Source of the DNA: Nostoc sp. DedSLP01
GTDB lineage: Bacteria; Cyanobacteriota; Cyanobacteriia; Cyanobacteriales; Nostocaceae
Length of the DNA: 64,000 nt
Assembly (NCBI GenBank): GCA_034530875.2
Contig: JAVRCJ020000005.1
Coordinates: forward strand, 128,001-192,000
Direction: 5' to 3'
Shown here: one piece after another, positions 1 through 10,362 of the stretch
Position numbering within the stretch: position 1 is the stretch's first letter
Layout of the letters: the number at the start of each line of letters is the position of its first letter
The notes under the pieces: generated by a model
What the model saw: only the letters and a program-made list of their open reading frames with translations
Database searches by the model: none
Told to the model about the DNA's origin: nothing
Translations under genes and position numbers: made by a program

Positions 1-227
1 AAAAAATTATAGGTTGTAAGTGACAGATAGACAACTGTCATCGACTACAAAGGTAGGATGTAGGAGCAGCTACTTGATTTGAGAAAGCATCTAGCCAATA
101 AATCGGGAATTTGGCGCGATGGGCTACGCCCCGCCGGATTGCGATCGCATTGTGTGATTTAGAATTTTCAATCCTCAGGAATCGCTGGGCAATACCTGCG
201 GTGTTTGCTAGGGTACAGCGATCGCAT

Positions 228-683
228 CTACAAAGTCGATATAATTAACGCCACCAGAGGAGGAAGCAACAATGTAGCAGCTACTAGCACTGCTACTAAA
301 GCTGAAACCAGCACTGCACCAGCAGCACAATCTTTGGCGACTTTTGCCAGTTCGTGGTATGTCTGCTTAACTGTCAAGTCAACAATAGACTCGATCGCTG
401 TATTCAGCAACTCTAACGCCAAAACTAAACCGCTAGTGATGCCAATTACTGAGATTTCTACTGGCTTTAGATGCAAATAAACGCTTAAAGCGATGGCTAA
501 AGCACACACACTCGTGTGAATGCGAAAATTACGTTGAGTTTGAAAGCTATAAGTGATTCCAGCCCAGGCATACTTAAAGCTAACAAATAAATTAGAAGCA
601 ACCTTCCACGAAAATTCTCGTTCGTTGTTCACGATTGTTGGTAACGAGGTGGCTGTTGGTGGTGGAGAAATTTTTTGGGACAT
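228..683 (-). CDS. dgkA: Prokaryotic diacylglycerol/undecaprenol kinase
   Basis: SFKYAWAGI...QRNFRIH, ELLNTAIESIVDL and AKVAKDCAAGAVL motifs; downstream of ybeY. Confidence 0.9.
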   Translation of the reverse strand: MSQKISPPPTATSLPTIVNNEREFSWKVASNLFVSFKYAWAGITYSFQTQRNFRIHTSVCALAIALSVYLHLKPVEISVIGITSGLVLALELLNTAIESIVDLTVKQTYHELAKVAKDCAAGAVLVSALVAVLVAATLLLPPLVALIISTL

Positions 684-834
684 AGGCTTAAAAATACAAA
701 AACACAGTTGTTACAGTGCGAATTTTGCCGATATTTCTAGAGTAATTAACTTTGAGGCAATATTTAAGCAATTTTCCATAGAGGTATTATAAAAGTATTA
801 CCCAAAATTTACACCAAAGTATGACTCATTAGTG

Positions 835-1368
835 CTATTGCTTGTCAATAGCAATACCTATCGCCGTCAGCAATTTTACTTGCTGTTCTAACATTCGCTC
901 TAAACTTTCTTCGTCAGGATGATCCCAGCCCAACAGATGCAATAAACCGTGAGCAGCTAACCAGGCCAGCTCGGTTGGTAAATCGTGTCCCTGCTGTTGG
1001 GCTTGACGTTGTGCGGTATCTACAGACACAATAATATCGCCTAGATATAACGGTACAGAAGCAAGCATTTCTTCGCTTTGAGGAAAATCTACCTCCAAAG
1101 CAGCAAAAGCTAATACGTCTGTGGGCTGATTTTTTTGACGATACTGGGCATTTAGTTCCTGAATTTGCGAGTCATCTGTCAAACGCAGCCCAATCTCATA
1201 ACCTGACGCTGGTGGAATGTGAGGGTGAAGTATTTCCAACCAGCAATTAAACCACTCTTCCCAAGTTTCAGATGTAATTCGAGGATGAGTGTCGCTAAAA
1301 TTTACCGACGTTGTTGGCGACAACTCGTCAAAATAATTTTCCACATACAATTCAACTCCCAGAACCAC
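835..1368 (-). CDS. ybeY: rRNA maturation endoribonuclease YbeY
   Basis: LNAQYRQKNQPTDVLAF, LGDIIVS and HGLLHLLGWDH zinc motif. Confidence 0.95.
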   Translation of the reverse strand: MVLGVELYVENYFDELSPTTSVNFSDTHPRITSETWEEWFNCWLEILHPHIPPASGYEIGLRLTDDSQIQELNAQYRQKNQPTDVLAFAALEVDFPQSEEMLASVPLYLGDIIVSVDTAQRQAQQQGHDLPTELAWLAAHGLLHLLGWDHPDEESLERMLEQQVKLLTAIGIAIDKQ

Positions 1369-1400
1369 GCAGTCTCCTAATCTGAAGTCACAGTTTTTCG

Positions 1401-1556
1401 TTAGCGAGTTAGGTAAGCAAGACCAATCAGGACAGCTAAAAGCCCTATAGTGGTTAACGCAAAATGTTTTAAGGAAGTTCCGCCCTTACGTACCATATTT
1501 CGCATGGCGAGTTTTACGTAACTAGGTTGGGGTTCTGATGAAGGAGAGTTACTCAT
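1401..1556 (-). CDS. Small cyanobacterial membrane protein, DUF3285-like (51 aa; not in ORF track)
   Basis: Manual translation MSNSPSSEPQPSYVKLAMRNMVRKGGTSLKHFALTTIGLLAVLIGLAYLTR*; lies between prfB and ybeY. Confidence 0.85.
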   Translation of the reverse strand: MSNSPSSEPQPSYVKLAMRNMVRKGGTSLKHFALTTIGLLAVLIGLAYLTR

Positions 1557-1726
1557 AGTTAGTTCGATCGCGGATTCTTTTATAACTGTAACAGTTGGCT
1601 CTGCGATAGGATTGCGATCGCTAAAGGCGGGGCATAGTCCATCGCGCCAATCTTCAAATACTCAAAAAATAATCGGTACTAAATAATAGTAAAAATTATT
1701 ACTTAGTACCGATAATTAACTGCCAA

Positions 1727-2849
1727 TTAAGCAGGAGTATTTTCCACTAGCTTATTTTCTTGTCGCAGATAAGCTTGGATGAAGGCATCAAGTTCGCCAT
1801 TCATCACATCTGTAATCCCTGTTGTTTCCGTATTTGTACGTAAATCTTTCACCATTTGGTAAGGATGAAACACATAGTTCCGAATTTGGTTACCCCAGGA
1901 GGCTTCCACCATATCGCCACGAATTTGGGCAATTTCTTGGGCGCGTTGTTCTTGGGCAATAACTAGTAGTTTTGCTTTGAGTCGAGCGAGAGCTTTTTCT
2001 TTATTTTGCAGCTGCGATCGCTCTTCTGTACAACGCACGGCAATTCCTGTAGGCAGGTGAACAACCCGTACAGCCGTTTCTACTTTGTTGACGTTCTGTC
2101 CGCCTTTACCACCAGAGCGAGTTGTGGTGATTTCCAAATCTTTCTCTGGAATATCCAATTGCACAGAATCATCTATTTGGGGCATTACTTCCACCCCTGC
2201 AAAACTAGTTTGTCGCTTGCCATTGGCATTAAACGGCGAAATTCTCACCAAGCGGTGCGTGCCTGTTTCCGACCGCAAGTAACCGTAAGCATAGCGACCA
2301 GTAATTTCTAGGGTTGCCGATTTAATTCCCGCTTCATCACCCTCTGACTCTTCAGCTAAAGTTACCTTGTAGCCGTGAGCTTCAGCCCAGCGCGTGTACA
2401 TACGCATCAGCATAAATGCCCAGTCTTGGGCATCTGTACCACCAGCACCAGCATTAATTGTCAGTACAGCACCTTCAGCATCATAAGGGCCGGAAAGTAA
2501 CTGTTGTAACTCCCACTGGTCAAGGTCGCGATTCAGTTGAGTGATGGTAGATTCCGCTTCTTGCAATAGTGCTTCGTCGGTTTCTAACTCCAACAGTTCG
2601 ACAACTGCCTTAGTATCTTCCAGACTGCTTTGCCACTGTTCGTATTGCTGGAGGTGGCTTTTTAAGTCGTTGAGTTCTTGCAGCGTTTTTTGGGCTTCGG
2701 GTTGATTATTCCAAAATTCTGGTTGGGCAGATATTTGTTCTAGGTCTTGAATTTTAGCTGTCAGTGCAGGTACGTCAAAGATAGTCCTGGGTCTTACCCA
2801 GGCGGCTAGACAACGTTTCAATTTCGCGTTTGAGTTCTAAAACTTCCAT
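1727..2849 (-). CDS. prfB: Peptide chain release factor 2 with programmed +1 frameshift (373 aa)
   Basis: ATG at 2849 gives [24 protein letters not shown], then CTT-TGA-C (2780-2774). The +1 frame continues DVPALTAK and contains SPF and GGQ. Confidence 0.97.
2774..2789 (-). promoter_or_regulatory. RF2 autoregulatory +1 frameshift site
   Basis: Minus strand CAGGACTATCTTTGAC: SD-like AGGA upstream of the slippery CTT-TGA-C. Confidence 0.92.
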
Positions 2850-2998
2850 AGTGCTTGCTAAATTTAGAGATTGAGCGCTTTGGATTGGTAAATTGCTCTA
2901 TATTTTACTTATCTTTTTTGATTTTAGCTGTAGTTGGGCAAATTCTCTTGGGAGGGCTGAATATTAAGTGACCAAAATTACTTTAAATTCTTTAGAAG

Positions 2999-4109
2999 TT
3001 ATTTGCTGACCGCAGTGGTTTGATTTTGTTGTATGGAGGCTTTGAGAAACAAATCGATTTCACCGTCCAAAACGTCTGTCACAGCAGTAGTTTCAAGTTT
3101 GGTACACAGATCCTTTACTTTTTTATAAGGATGTAAAACATATTCTCTAATGAGCTTTTTGGATAAAGATTTTATTTGCCAGGGTTGAATTTCGTTAACT
3201 TGCTGGACACCTTGAGCTAGTGCGATCGCCAACAGTTTACTCTTGAGAATAGCTAAACCTTTCTCTTTGCTTTCTAGCTGACGCCGCTCTTGGTTGCAAA
3301 ATACACTAATCCCAGTAGGAATGTGCAACACTCGCACCCATGTTTCTGGACGGTTGACACTACCTTGTGGGCGTGGCACAGTAATTTCCAAATCTTTTTC
3401 TGGAATCTCAAACTCCACAGACTTATCCAGAATTGGGCTAACTTCTACAGTAGCTTGGTAAGTATATCTCCTGCCATTGCCACGAACAGGAGAAATCCGC
3501 ACTATTTTTGTATGAGTTCCTTGTTCCGATTTTAGTCAGCCATAGGCATAACGCCCTGTAATTTCTAGGGCATAACTAATGGTATCTTTATCCCTATCAT
3601 TAATATCTAGAAAACATACCTGATGTAAGTGACTTAACCCCCACAAATAATACATTCGTAATAACATAGATGACCAATTTTGGGTTTCTATGTCACTAAC
3701 TTTAGCAGTAATAGTTACTAATGCTCCCTTTGAATTGTAGGGATTAGACAATAACTGCTTTATTTCTGGTGTTTCGATTTCTTGCTGGAGTTGAGCTAAG
3801 TTAATTTGAGTCTCTTGCAGTAATTGCTCGTCAACTAATGATTCCAAAAGTTCTAGAGCAGCCTTGATATCTTTTAAGATAGAGAGCGATCGCTGATATT
3901 GTTCCTGCCTTCTAGATATAAGATATTTGATTTTCTCAGACGTCTGATGAGCAGTAGCTAGATTTTCCCAAAAAGCCGTTTTAGCGATTAGCTGATTTAG
4001 GTAGTGAATTATTCCAGTAAAATATCGCAGGTCAAAGACAGTCCTCTGTTTTGCCCAAGATATTCGACAACCTTTCTACTTCTATTTTGAAATTTAACAG
4101 TTCGAGCAT
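2999..4109 (-). pseudogene. RF2 paralogue (PCRF/RF-1 domains) lacking GGQ, with its own +1 frameshift site and one in-frame UGA; pseudogene or recoded gene
   Basis: GGAG RBS, ATG 4109, MLELLNFKIEVERLSNILGKTEDCL, CTT-TGA-C (4037-4031). The +1 frame is open to TGA 3538-3536 and the same frame continues LKSEQGTHTKIVRISPV to 2999; colinear with prfB throughout. Confidence 0.85.
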
Positions 4110-4163
4110 AGTTTTGCTCCCTTAAATCTGAACTTATGTAGACATTTTACTGGTAAACAGATG

Positions 4164-4201
4164 AAAAAAACCGTGGTTGAATTTTTAGCAACCACGGTTT
4201 T
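4164..4201 (-). terminator. Intrinsic terminator after the YccA gene
   Basis: 13-bp inverted repeat AAAACCGTGGTTG/CAACCACGGTTTT with a T-run on the minus strand. Confidence 0.75.
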
Positions 4202-4242
4202 AGTTTGTAAAACTTTACTTCTGTACTAGTACGTACAGATAA

Positions 4243-4971
4243 TTAATCGCGGCCATTAAGGGCAATTAGCAACCGCAAAATAAAGATGAATAGGTTGATG
4301 TAAGTCAGGTACATCGATAAAGCAGCAGGCAAATATTGATCGTTACTGTAAGTGCGCGGCAAGATATAAAAATCAACAACTGAAGCGCCAACAAACAGAA
4401 ACACGCCCAAACCTGAGATAGCGATTTCTAACCAAGATGGTGTATAAACACCAAATAAGCTAAATGCAAATTGCGTCAGGCAGACAACCACCAAGGCAAT
4501 GATACCGAGATTGATGGTTTTCGTCAAAGCCATGCCATCTTGTTCGGAAAGATTTGAACCAATTTGACGGGCTGCTATGAAGGTGACGCCACAACCAAGG
4601 GCAGCTAAACCAATGCCTTGAATGCCAACGCCTTGAGTTCTCAAGGCGAGGAACACCAAACCACTGAGAGTGTATCCAGATAAAAGGCTGTAGGTTGCTA
4701 GCAGGGGTAATGCCAAACCCTTGTTACCTTTTTCAGCAACATTTTGGGCAACAAAGAACAGAATCAACTCCAAAATCACCGCACCAATGAAGGTAGGAAA
4801 GAATATTCCGGGATTAGTACGGATAATTCCCAAACCTCCGTATGTTCCCAATGCAGTTATTACCAGCCCGCCACCGACGTAGGGGAGGGCGTTAGCAATC
4901 ACATTGGGGCCGACGAGTGCGTGAGATTTCGCCTCACGGATAGCTTCACGAAAATTGCTGGTATTGCTCAT
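4243..4971 (-). CDS. Bax inhibitor-1/YccA family membrane protein
   Basis: About 7 hydrophobic segments and C-terminal AALSMYLTYINLFIFILRLL signature. Confidence 0.88.
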   Translation of the reverse strand: MSNTSNFREAIREAKSHALVGPNVIANALPYVGGGLVITALGTYGGLGIIRTNPGIFFPTFIGAVILELILFFVAQNVAEKGNKGLALPLLATYSLLSGYTLSGLVFLALRTQGVGIQGIGLAALGCGVTFIAARQIGSNLSEQDGMALTKTINLGIIALVVVCLTQFAFSLFGVYTPSWLEIAISGLGVFLFVGASVVDFYILPRTYSNDQYLPAALSMYLTYINLFIFILRLLIALNGRD

Positions 4972-5309
4972 ATTGAAAAACTAGTTTTTGAGGACAATGT
5001 TCTGCTTATTCCTATTCTTACCAAGATTTTGCACGATAAGCCAGGGAGGGGTTACCTAAGGTAACGGACAACTAAATAAAAAAGATTATGGTCTATTGAA
5101 ATTTTTATCCGCAAAACAAAAATAATTAGCAAAATAGCAAGCCACAAAATCATGCGTACAAATACTGAATTATAGACTGCGACCCCTTGTAAGTTCAGTG
5201 AAACGACGATGGCTTATTCAGTCTTGGCTAAGGAAAATAATTACAGTCTAAAAGAATATATACGCAGCTCCATTTTTTAATAAATAGGAGTTACAACAAA
5301 GGAATTTAT

Positions 5310-6095
5310 ATGGCAGCAAGTGAGTCCTCTTTACGAACTGATGGTATAGAATTATTACACTTGTACCACCAGAATCCATCTATTAAACTTCGTAATAAAC
5401 TTGTACAGTTACATACTGGCTTAGTACGGAAGATGGCTCATAAATTCAGCCATCAATGTAATGAACCTTATGAAGATTTAGAACAAATTGGTTATTTTGG
5501 TTTAATTAGAGCAATTGAGCGTTTCGATCCTAGCCAAGGATATGCTTTTAGTTCTTTTGCTGTGCCGTATATTCGCGGTGAGATGTTGCACTTTTTACGC
5601 GATCGCAGTACTCTATTAAAAATTCCTCGTCGTTGGCAAGAACTGTACAATGAAGGACAAAAGGTACGCAAAGAATTATCTGTATCTTTAGGCCGTCCTG
5701 CTAAAGATGCTGAAATTGCCAAAGAACTCCGTGTATCTCTGCAAGAATGGCAAGAAACCAAGTTGGCTGCTCAAAACCGTTTGCCTTTAAGTTTAGATGC
5801 GACGGCAGTTAATTACGTTGATTGTCAAATTACTTTGGGTGAAGCACTTCCTTGCCCTCGTTCTACTGCCCAACAACAACTAGACGAAGAACGCCAACAA
5901 CTCCAAGGGGCAATTAATATGTTAGAAGAAAAGCCCCGCATGGCAGTTGAAATGGTCTTTTTAAAAGAACTTTCTCGCAAGGATGCTGCTAAGAATATTG
6001 GCACTAGCCCGATGACAGTAACGCGGTATTTACAAAAAGGAATTCAGGATTTAATTTGCTATTTACAACCACAAGTTATGCCCACTGGATCTTGA
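5310..6095 (+). CDS. sigJ: Group 3 RNA polymerase sigma factor, SigF/SigB family, most like Nostocales SigJ
   Basis: EDLEQIGYFGLIRAIERFDP...FSSFAVPYIRGEMLHFLRDR region 2 and region 4 HTH. SigJ over SigF rests on recall of the EMLHFLRDR variant and chlD adjacency. Confidence 0.7.
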   Translation: MAASESSLRTDGIELLHLYHQNPSIKLRNKLVQLHTGLVRKMAHKFSHQCNEPYEDLEQIGYFGLIRAIERFDPSQGYAFSSFAVPYIRGEMLHFLRDRSTLLKIPRRWQELYNEGQKVRKELSVSLGRPAKDAEIAKELRVSLQEWQETKLAAQNRLPLSLDATAVNYVDCQITLGEALPCPRSTAQQQLDEERQQLQGAINMLEEKPRMAVEMVFLKELSRKDAAKNIGTSPMTVTRYLQKGIQDLICYLQPQVMPTGS

Positions 6096-6138
6096 TTTTA
6101 TTTATGAGAGGGATGAAGAATATAAAGGGAATAAGATT

Positions 6139-7050
6139 ATGACTTCCCCGGAAACAAAGACTAATCTTATGCCTTGGCAATGGGCTTTGATTGGTTCTGG
6201 TTCTACGGTGATACTTGCACTTGCAGGTTTAGGACTCTGGAACTTAGTTGCATCAAAATCTCCTAGCAATTCTTCTACCTCGGGTGCTTCAAATACCAAT
6301 TTAGAAAATATTACTATTAAACGCTTAGTCGGTCAGTGGCAGCAAAAAGATTCAACTAGGCTCATTTTTACTCCTGAAGGAAAGCTATTTGTTATACCCT
6401 CTAATTCCAACGAGGCTATTGAATCGCGCTATCAAGTAAATGATGCGACTCAACCAAATCAATTAACTATATTAACTCTTGGTAATCAGATTTCGCGAAC
6501 AGTAATTTTTGATTTTATATCAGATAATCAGTTACGAATTGATAAAAGTGCATCTGCAAACTCTAGAGAATTCAGCTCGAATACACAATTGTTTCAGAAA
6601 GTATCTGATGTGACGTCACTTCCTTTAGGGATTGCACTCGTAGGCGAGGAAGCGCTACTAAAGCAAGCCAACAAAGCGAAAGAATCAGAGGCAAAACAAT
6701 ATGTCGGTGCGATGAATCGCGCACAACAAGCGTTCTTTTTGGAAAATAATCAGTTCGGCTCAGACCTTGATAAGTTGGGATTAGGCATCAAATCCAATAC
6801 GGAAAACTATACTTAGAGTGTCGTTACAATTGATGATAAGCATGTTGTCCAGAATGTAGGATTAGCAAAAACAGAAGGTCTTAAAAGTTATACAGGTATA
6901 GTTTTTATAAAATCTGTTGGGACGGAGACAACTACTTTTGCTAAACTCTGTAAAAGTATTGAGCCAACTCGGAAAATACCACCACAAGTACAGTTATCAA
7001 AAGATGATATACAATGTCCGGCTGGCTATGTTGATTTGAGCCACAACTAA
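6139..7050 (+). pseudogene. Membrane-anchored protein with C-terminal type IV pilin-like G/H domain, interrupted by in-frame TAG at 6814-6816
   Basis: ANKAKESEAKQYVGAMNRAQQAFFLE...ENYT* then the same frame continues SVVTIDD...GLKSYTGIVF...LCKS...CPAGY to TAA 7050. Confidence 0.8.
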
Positions 7051-7088
7051 TATTGCTATTAGTAGAGAAACAATTAACTAATGACTAA

Positions 7089-9113
7089 TTATCGAGATTT
7101 TAAATCGGCGATCGCACCTTTAGTCATGGCAGCAATAGCTTTATCTGTTGCTTTCGGTAAATGATAATACTTACCTGCTGCTGTTTGCGCTAATTCTTTA
7201 GCAAAACCCGTAGAAACAAACTTACTCTCGGTATCAATTACTAATAGTTGCATCCCCAAACCACGAATTCTAGCCGCAATTTCTAGCAATTCTGCTTTGA
7301 TGTCTGGTTTTTCTCCTGGTTCTAGCTGTTCGCCTAAGGAACGCGCCAAGGGAATATTACCCCGTCCGTCGGTGATTGCTACAAGTACTACTTGCCCAAT
7401 ATCTCCACTCATCTGGGCATTTAAGCCGACGCGTACAGCTTGGGTTAAACCATGCGCTAAGGGCGAACCCCCACCACAGGGTAATCTTTCCAAACGGTTA
7501 CGCGCTAAGGCAATGGAACGTGTTGGCGGTAACAATACTTCTGCTTGTTCTCCTCGGAAGGGAATCAAGGCTATTTGGTCGCGGTTTTGATACGCTTCGG
7601 TTAAAAGTTGCATTACTGCGCCTTTCGCCGACTGCATCCGATTTAAGGCCATTGAGCCAGAAGCATCTACCACAAACACTACTAACGCCCCAGCTTTACG
7701 TACTAAGCGTTTGGAGCGAATGTCACCCTGTTCGACAATCACTTTTCTATCTGGGTGGCGCTCTCTGCGTGCTTTTTGATACGGTGCTGCTGCTCTGAGT
7801 GTGGCATCTACGGCAATGCGTCGCACTTTTCCTTTGGGCAACATTGGCTTAATGTAGCGTCCCCGGTCATCAGAAAAGATAATGCTGCGGCTACCAGATT
7901 TACCCTGGCGCTTGGCCATCTGAGTAAAATAAAGCACGCTATCATCCAAAATTACCCCTTCTGGATCGAAGATGAATTCTTCCGGGATACTGGGGGGTTC
8001 TTGCTCTTGATTTTCTTCTTGTTCTTCCTGTTCTTCTTGTTCTGATTCGTCTGGTTCTTCTTGATTTTGAGGTGGTGGTGGCGGTGGTGGTGGCGGTGCT
8101 TGTTCTGGTGGTGGCGTCTGTACGACTGTTGCCCGCGGTACAATTACCAATTCCACGGCACGGCGCAAATCTTCGGCATTTACTGTGTTGCGTCCTTCCA
8201 AAGCTGCGGCGGCCTTGGCAACTCGCACAGCAAATAACTCAGCGCGATGTCCCTGAACTCCACCGCGAATTGCTTCATTCACCAGGTAAGCGATTTGTTC
8301 GTGGGTAATGCAGACATCCTTGAGCCATTCCCGCGCTAGGATAATTTGGGTTTTCATGGCGTCTAAGTCTTCGCTGTATTGGGCAAGAAACTCTTGGGGA
8401 GATTGAGAGTAGGAGATCGCAACCTCTACTGCTGCTACTCTTTGATCTAGTCCCAGTACGCCATCCGCAGAAAGAGCGATCGCAATTCTATCTAGCAAAT
8501 GTTCCCTTAATGCTCCCTCTTCTGGGTTATAGGTCGCAATAAACAGCGGTTTGCAAGGATGCTGAAAACTAATTCCTTCTCGCTCTATCTGGTTGCGTCC
8601 CTCAGATAATACTGTCAGTAGTTGATTTGATATTTGGTCATCTAATAAATTGATTTCATCCACATACAAGACGCCGCGATTCGCACTAGCAAGTAAACCG
8701 GGCTGAAAAATTGTATCGCCTTGTTTGACGGATTGTTCTACATCCACAGAACCGAGAAGCCTGTCTTCTGTTACGCCCAAAGGAATTTGGATAAATGGTG
8801 CGGGGATGATTTGGGTGGGTACATCTTGAGTGTCTTTATCTGCATACTCTAGCAAAAGGCGATCGTCCCATTCTTCTGGGTGATTGGGGTCGCAATTACT
8901 GATAGAACCTTTAACGACTTCGATGGGTGGTACTAGGGCGTGGATAGCACGAGCCATTACAGATTTTGCCGTACCGCGACGGCCTGCGATCGCCACTCCC
9001 CCCAATCCCGGATCTACGGCTGCTAACAGCAAAGCTAGTTTAATCGCTTCTTGACCGACTACAGCTGTTAAAGGAAAGGCAGTGATAGTAGGGTTGATAG
9101 TGGGCGCAGGCAT
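7089..9113 (-). CDS. chlD: Magnesium chelatase subunit D
   Basis: AAA+ domain ([17 protein letters not shown]), Pro/Glu-rich linker, vWA domain (DASGSM). Confidence 0.97.
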   Translation of the reverse strand: MPAPTINPTITAFPLTAVVGQEAIKLALLLAAVDPGLGGVAIAGRRGTAKSVMARAIHALVPPIEVVKGSISNCDPNHPEEWDDRLLLEYADKDTQDVPTQIIPAPFIQIPLGVTEDRLLGSVDVEQSVKQGDTIFQPGLLASANRGVLYVDEINLLDDQISNQLLTVLSEGRNQIEREGISFQHPCKPLFIATYNPEEGALREHLLDRIAIALSADGVLGLDQRVAAVEVAISYSQSPQEFLAQYSEDLDAMKTQIILAREWLKDVCITHEQIAYLVNEAIRGGVQGHRAELFAVRVAKAAAALEGRNTVNAEDLRRAVELVIVPRATVVQTPPPEQAPPPPPPPPPQNQEEPDESEQEEQEEQEENQEQEPPSIPEEFIFDPEGVILDDSVLYFTQMAKRQGKSGSRSIIFSDDRGRYIKPMLPKGKVRRIAVDATLRAAAPYQKARRERHPDRKVIVEQGDIRSKRLVRKAGALVVFVVDASGSMALNRMQSAKGAVMQLLTEAYQNRDQIALIPFRGEQAEVLLPPTRSIALARNRLERLPCGGGSPLAHGLTQAVRVGLNAQMSGDIGQVVLVAITDGRGNIPLARSLGEQLEPGEKPDIKAELLEIAARIRGLGMQLLVIDTESKFVSTGFAKELAQTAAGKYYHLPKATDKAIAAMTKGAIADLKSR

Positions 9114-9527
9114 GGTTTGAATAATCGTGAGTCTCGGCTTTTAGCATATCAATTTCTCGCACGTTTAAAACAAATCTTATGGGAATAAGTATGAAGTTTA
9201 AAAGCCATACGTGTTTTCACAGAGACTTTGGCGTTAATCCCCAAACGAAGTCAACTAAAGCTCAAACTCTGATTTTGGGATTTTGAGAGTTATTGAAAAT
9301 ACTGCAAGATTTTTTTTAACAAAATATTATCGTAGTTGCTGCTTACTTTTTAGGCATTGGTCACATTGGATAACATCACGAATTGACAATTGCTCTAAGT
9401 TTATTGTTGTAGCTGGGCAAAAATTCAAGTTTTTCACTTTCTAGTTAGCAAAGTGTGCGCTGCGATGCTTCGATACGCTTCTAAGGACACCCTGCCGCAC
9501 TGTACTATTTTCCAGGAGACTACAGCA

Positions 9528-10148
9528 ATGATGAAAGCTGAAGATATCATGACCAAAAACGTGGTTACCATCCGCGGTTCGGCAACTGTTGCAGAAGCGG
9601 TGGGGCTGATGAAAGAAAAAAAATTGCGGGCGCTGGTTGTGGATCGTCGCTATGACAATGATGCTTATGGCATTGTTACAGAAACAGATGTTGTTTATAA
9701 GGTAATAGCTTACGGTAAAGATCCAAAGCAAGTGCGAGTTTACGAAATTATGAGTAAGCCTTGCATTGTGGTAAACCCCGATTTGGGTGTGGAATATGTA
9801 GCCAGGTTATTTGCTAACACTGGTATCCATAGAGCGCCTGTGATTCAAGGTAAACTGTTGGGAATTATCTCAATTACCGACATTTTGACCAAAAGCGACT
9901 TTGTGGAAGCGCCAAAAGCACTATTGCTAGAGGAGAGAATTCAAAAAGCTATCGAACAGGCTCGTGCCATTTGCACCGAACAAGGTGCTTATTCTAAAGC
10001 CTGTGCAGCTGCTTGGGATGAGGTAGAAGAACTGCAAGCAGAAGCAGCTCATCAAAAAGCTGAGGGTATGGTGTCAGCCAAAGGTAGTTTTGAGAAATAT
10101 TGCAAGGAAAACCCAGATGCACCAGAATGTCGAAATTATCATCCGTAA
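9528..10148 (+). CDS. CBS-CP12 fusion protein
   Basis: AGGAG RBS before ATG 9528; CBS pair, then CP12 domain with AWDEVEEL and both Cys pairs (CTEQGAYSKAC; CKENPDAPEC). Confidence 0.9.
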   Translation: MMKAEDIMTKNVVTIRGSATVAEAVGLMKEKKLRALVVDRRYDNDAYGIVTETDVVYKVIAYGKDPKQVRVYEIMSKPCIVVNPDLGVEYVARLFANTGIHRAPVIQGKLLGIISITDILTKSDFVEAPKALLLEERIQKAIEQARAICTEQGAYSKACAAAWDEVEELQAEAAHQKAEGMVSAKGSFEKYCKENPDAPECRNYHP

Positions 10149-10171
10149 TTGAAGTGGGGCATTGGGCAAAC

Positions 10172-10359
10172 AGGGAGTGTGGGAGGTGTGGGAGGAGAGG
10201 GAGGTGTGGGAGGTGTGGGAAGCATAAATTCTCTTTCTTCCCTCACTTCCCCCATCTCCCCATCTCCCCACACTCCCCACACCTCCCCATCTCCCCACAC
10301 TCCCCACACTCCCCACACTCCCCACACTCCCCACACCTCCCCATCTCCCCATCTCCCTC
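10172..10359. repeat. Inverted arrays of 8-10-nt tandem repeats (GGGAGGTGT arm, CCCCACACT/CCCCATCT arm)
   Basis: Directly visible between convergent CBS-CP12 and lptF/G genes. Confidence 0.9.
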
Positions 10360-10362
10360 ATT

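Noticed and set aside
2777..2821. ORF-track N-terminus MKRCLAAW... for prfB
   Set aside because: Artefact of ignoring the +1 frameshift; the true start is ATG 2849.
3536..3538. Selenocysteine codon
   Set aside because: The aligned residue is Tyr, not Cys, and no SECIS-like hairpin is evident downstream.
2999..4109. Calling the RF2 paralogue PrfH or ArfB
   Set aside because: Both keep GGQ and lack the N-terminal domain and frameshift; no rtcB neighbour.
5051..5065. GTTACC-TAA-GGTAAC palindrome between the YccA and sigma genes
   Set aside because: Single short palindrome; spacing differs from the N4 sites at 63355-63406 and there is no further support.
9332..9346. Possible NtcA site upstream of CBS-CP12
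   Set aside because: Spacing is GTA-N9-TAC, not the required N8.
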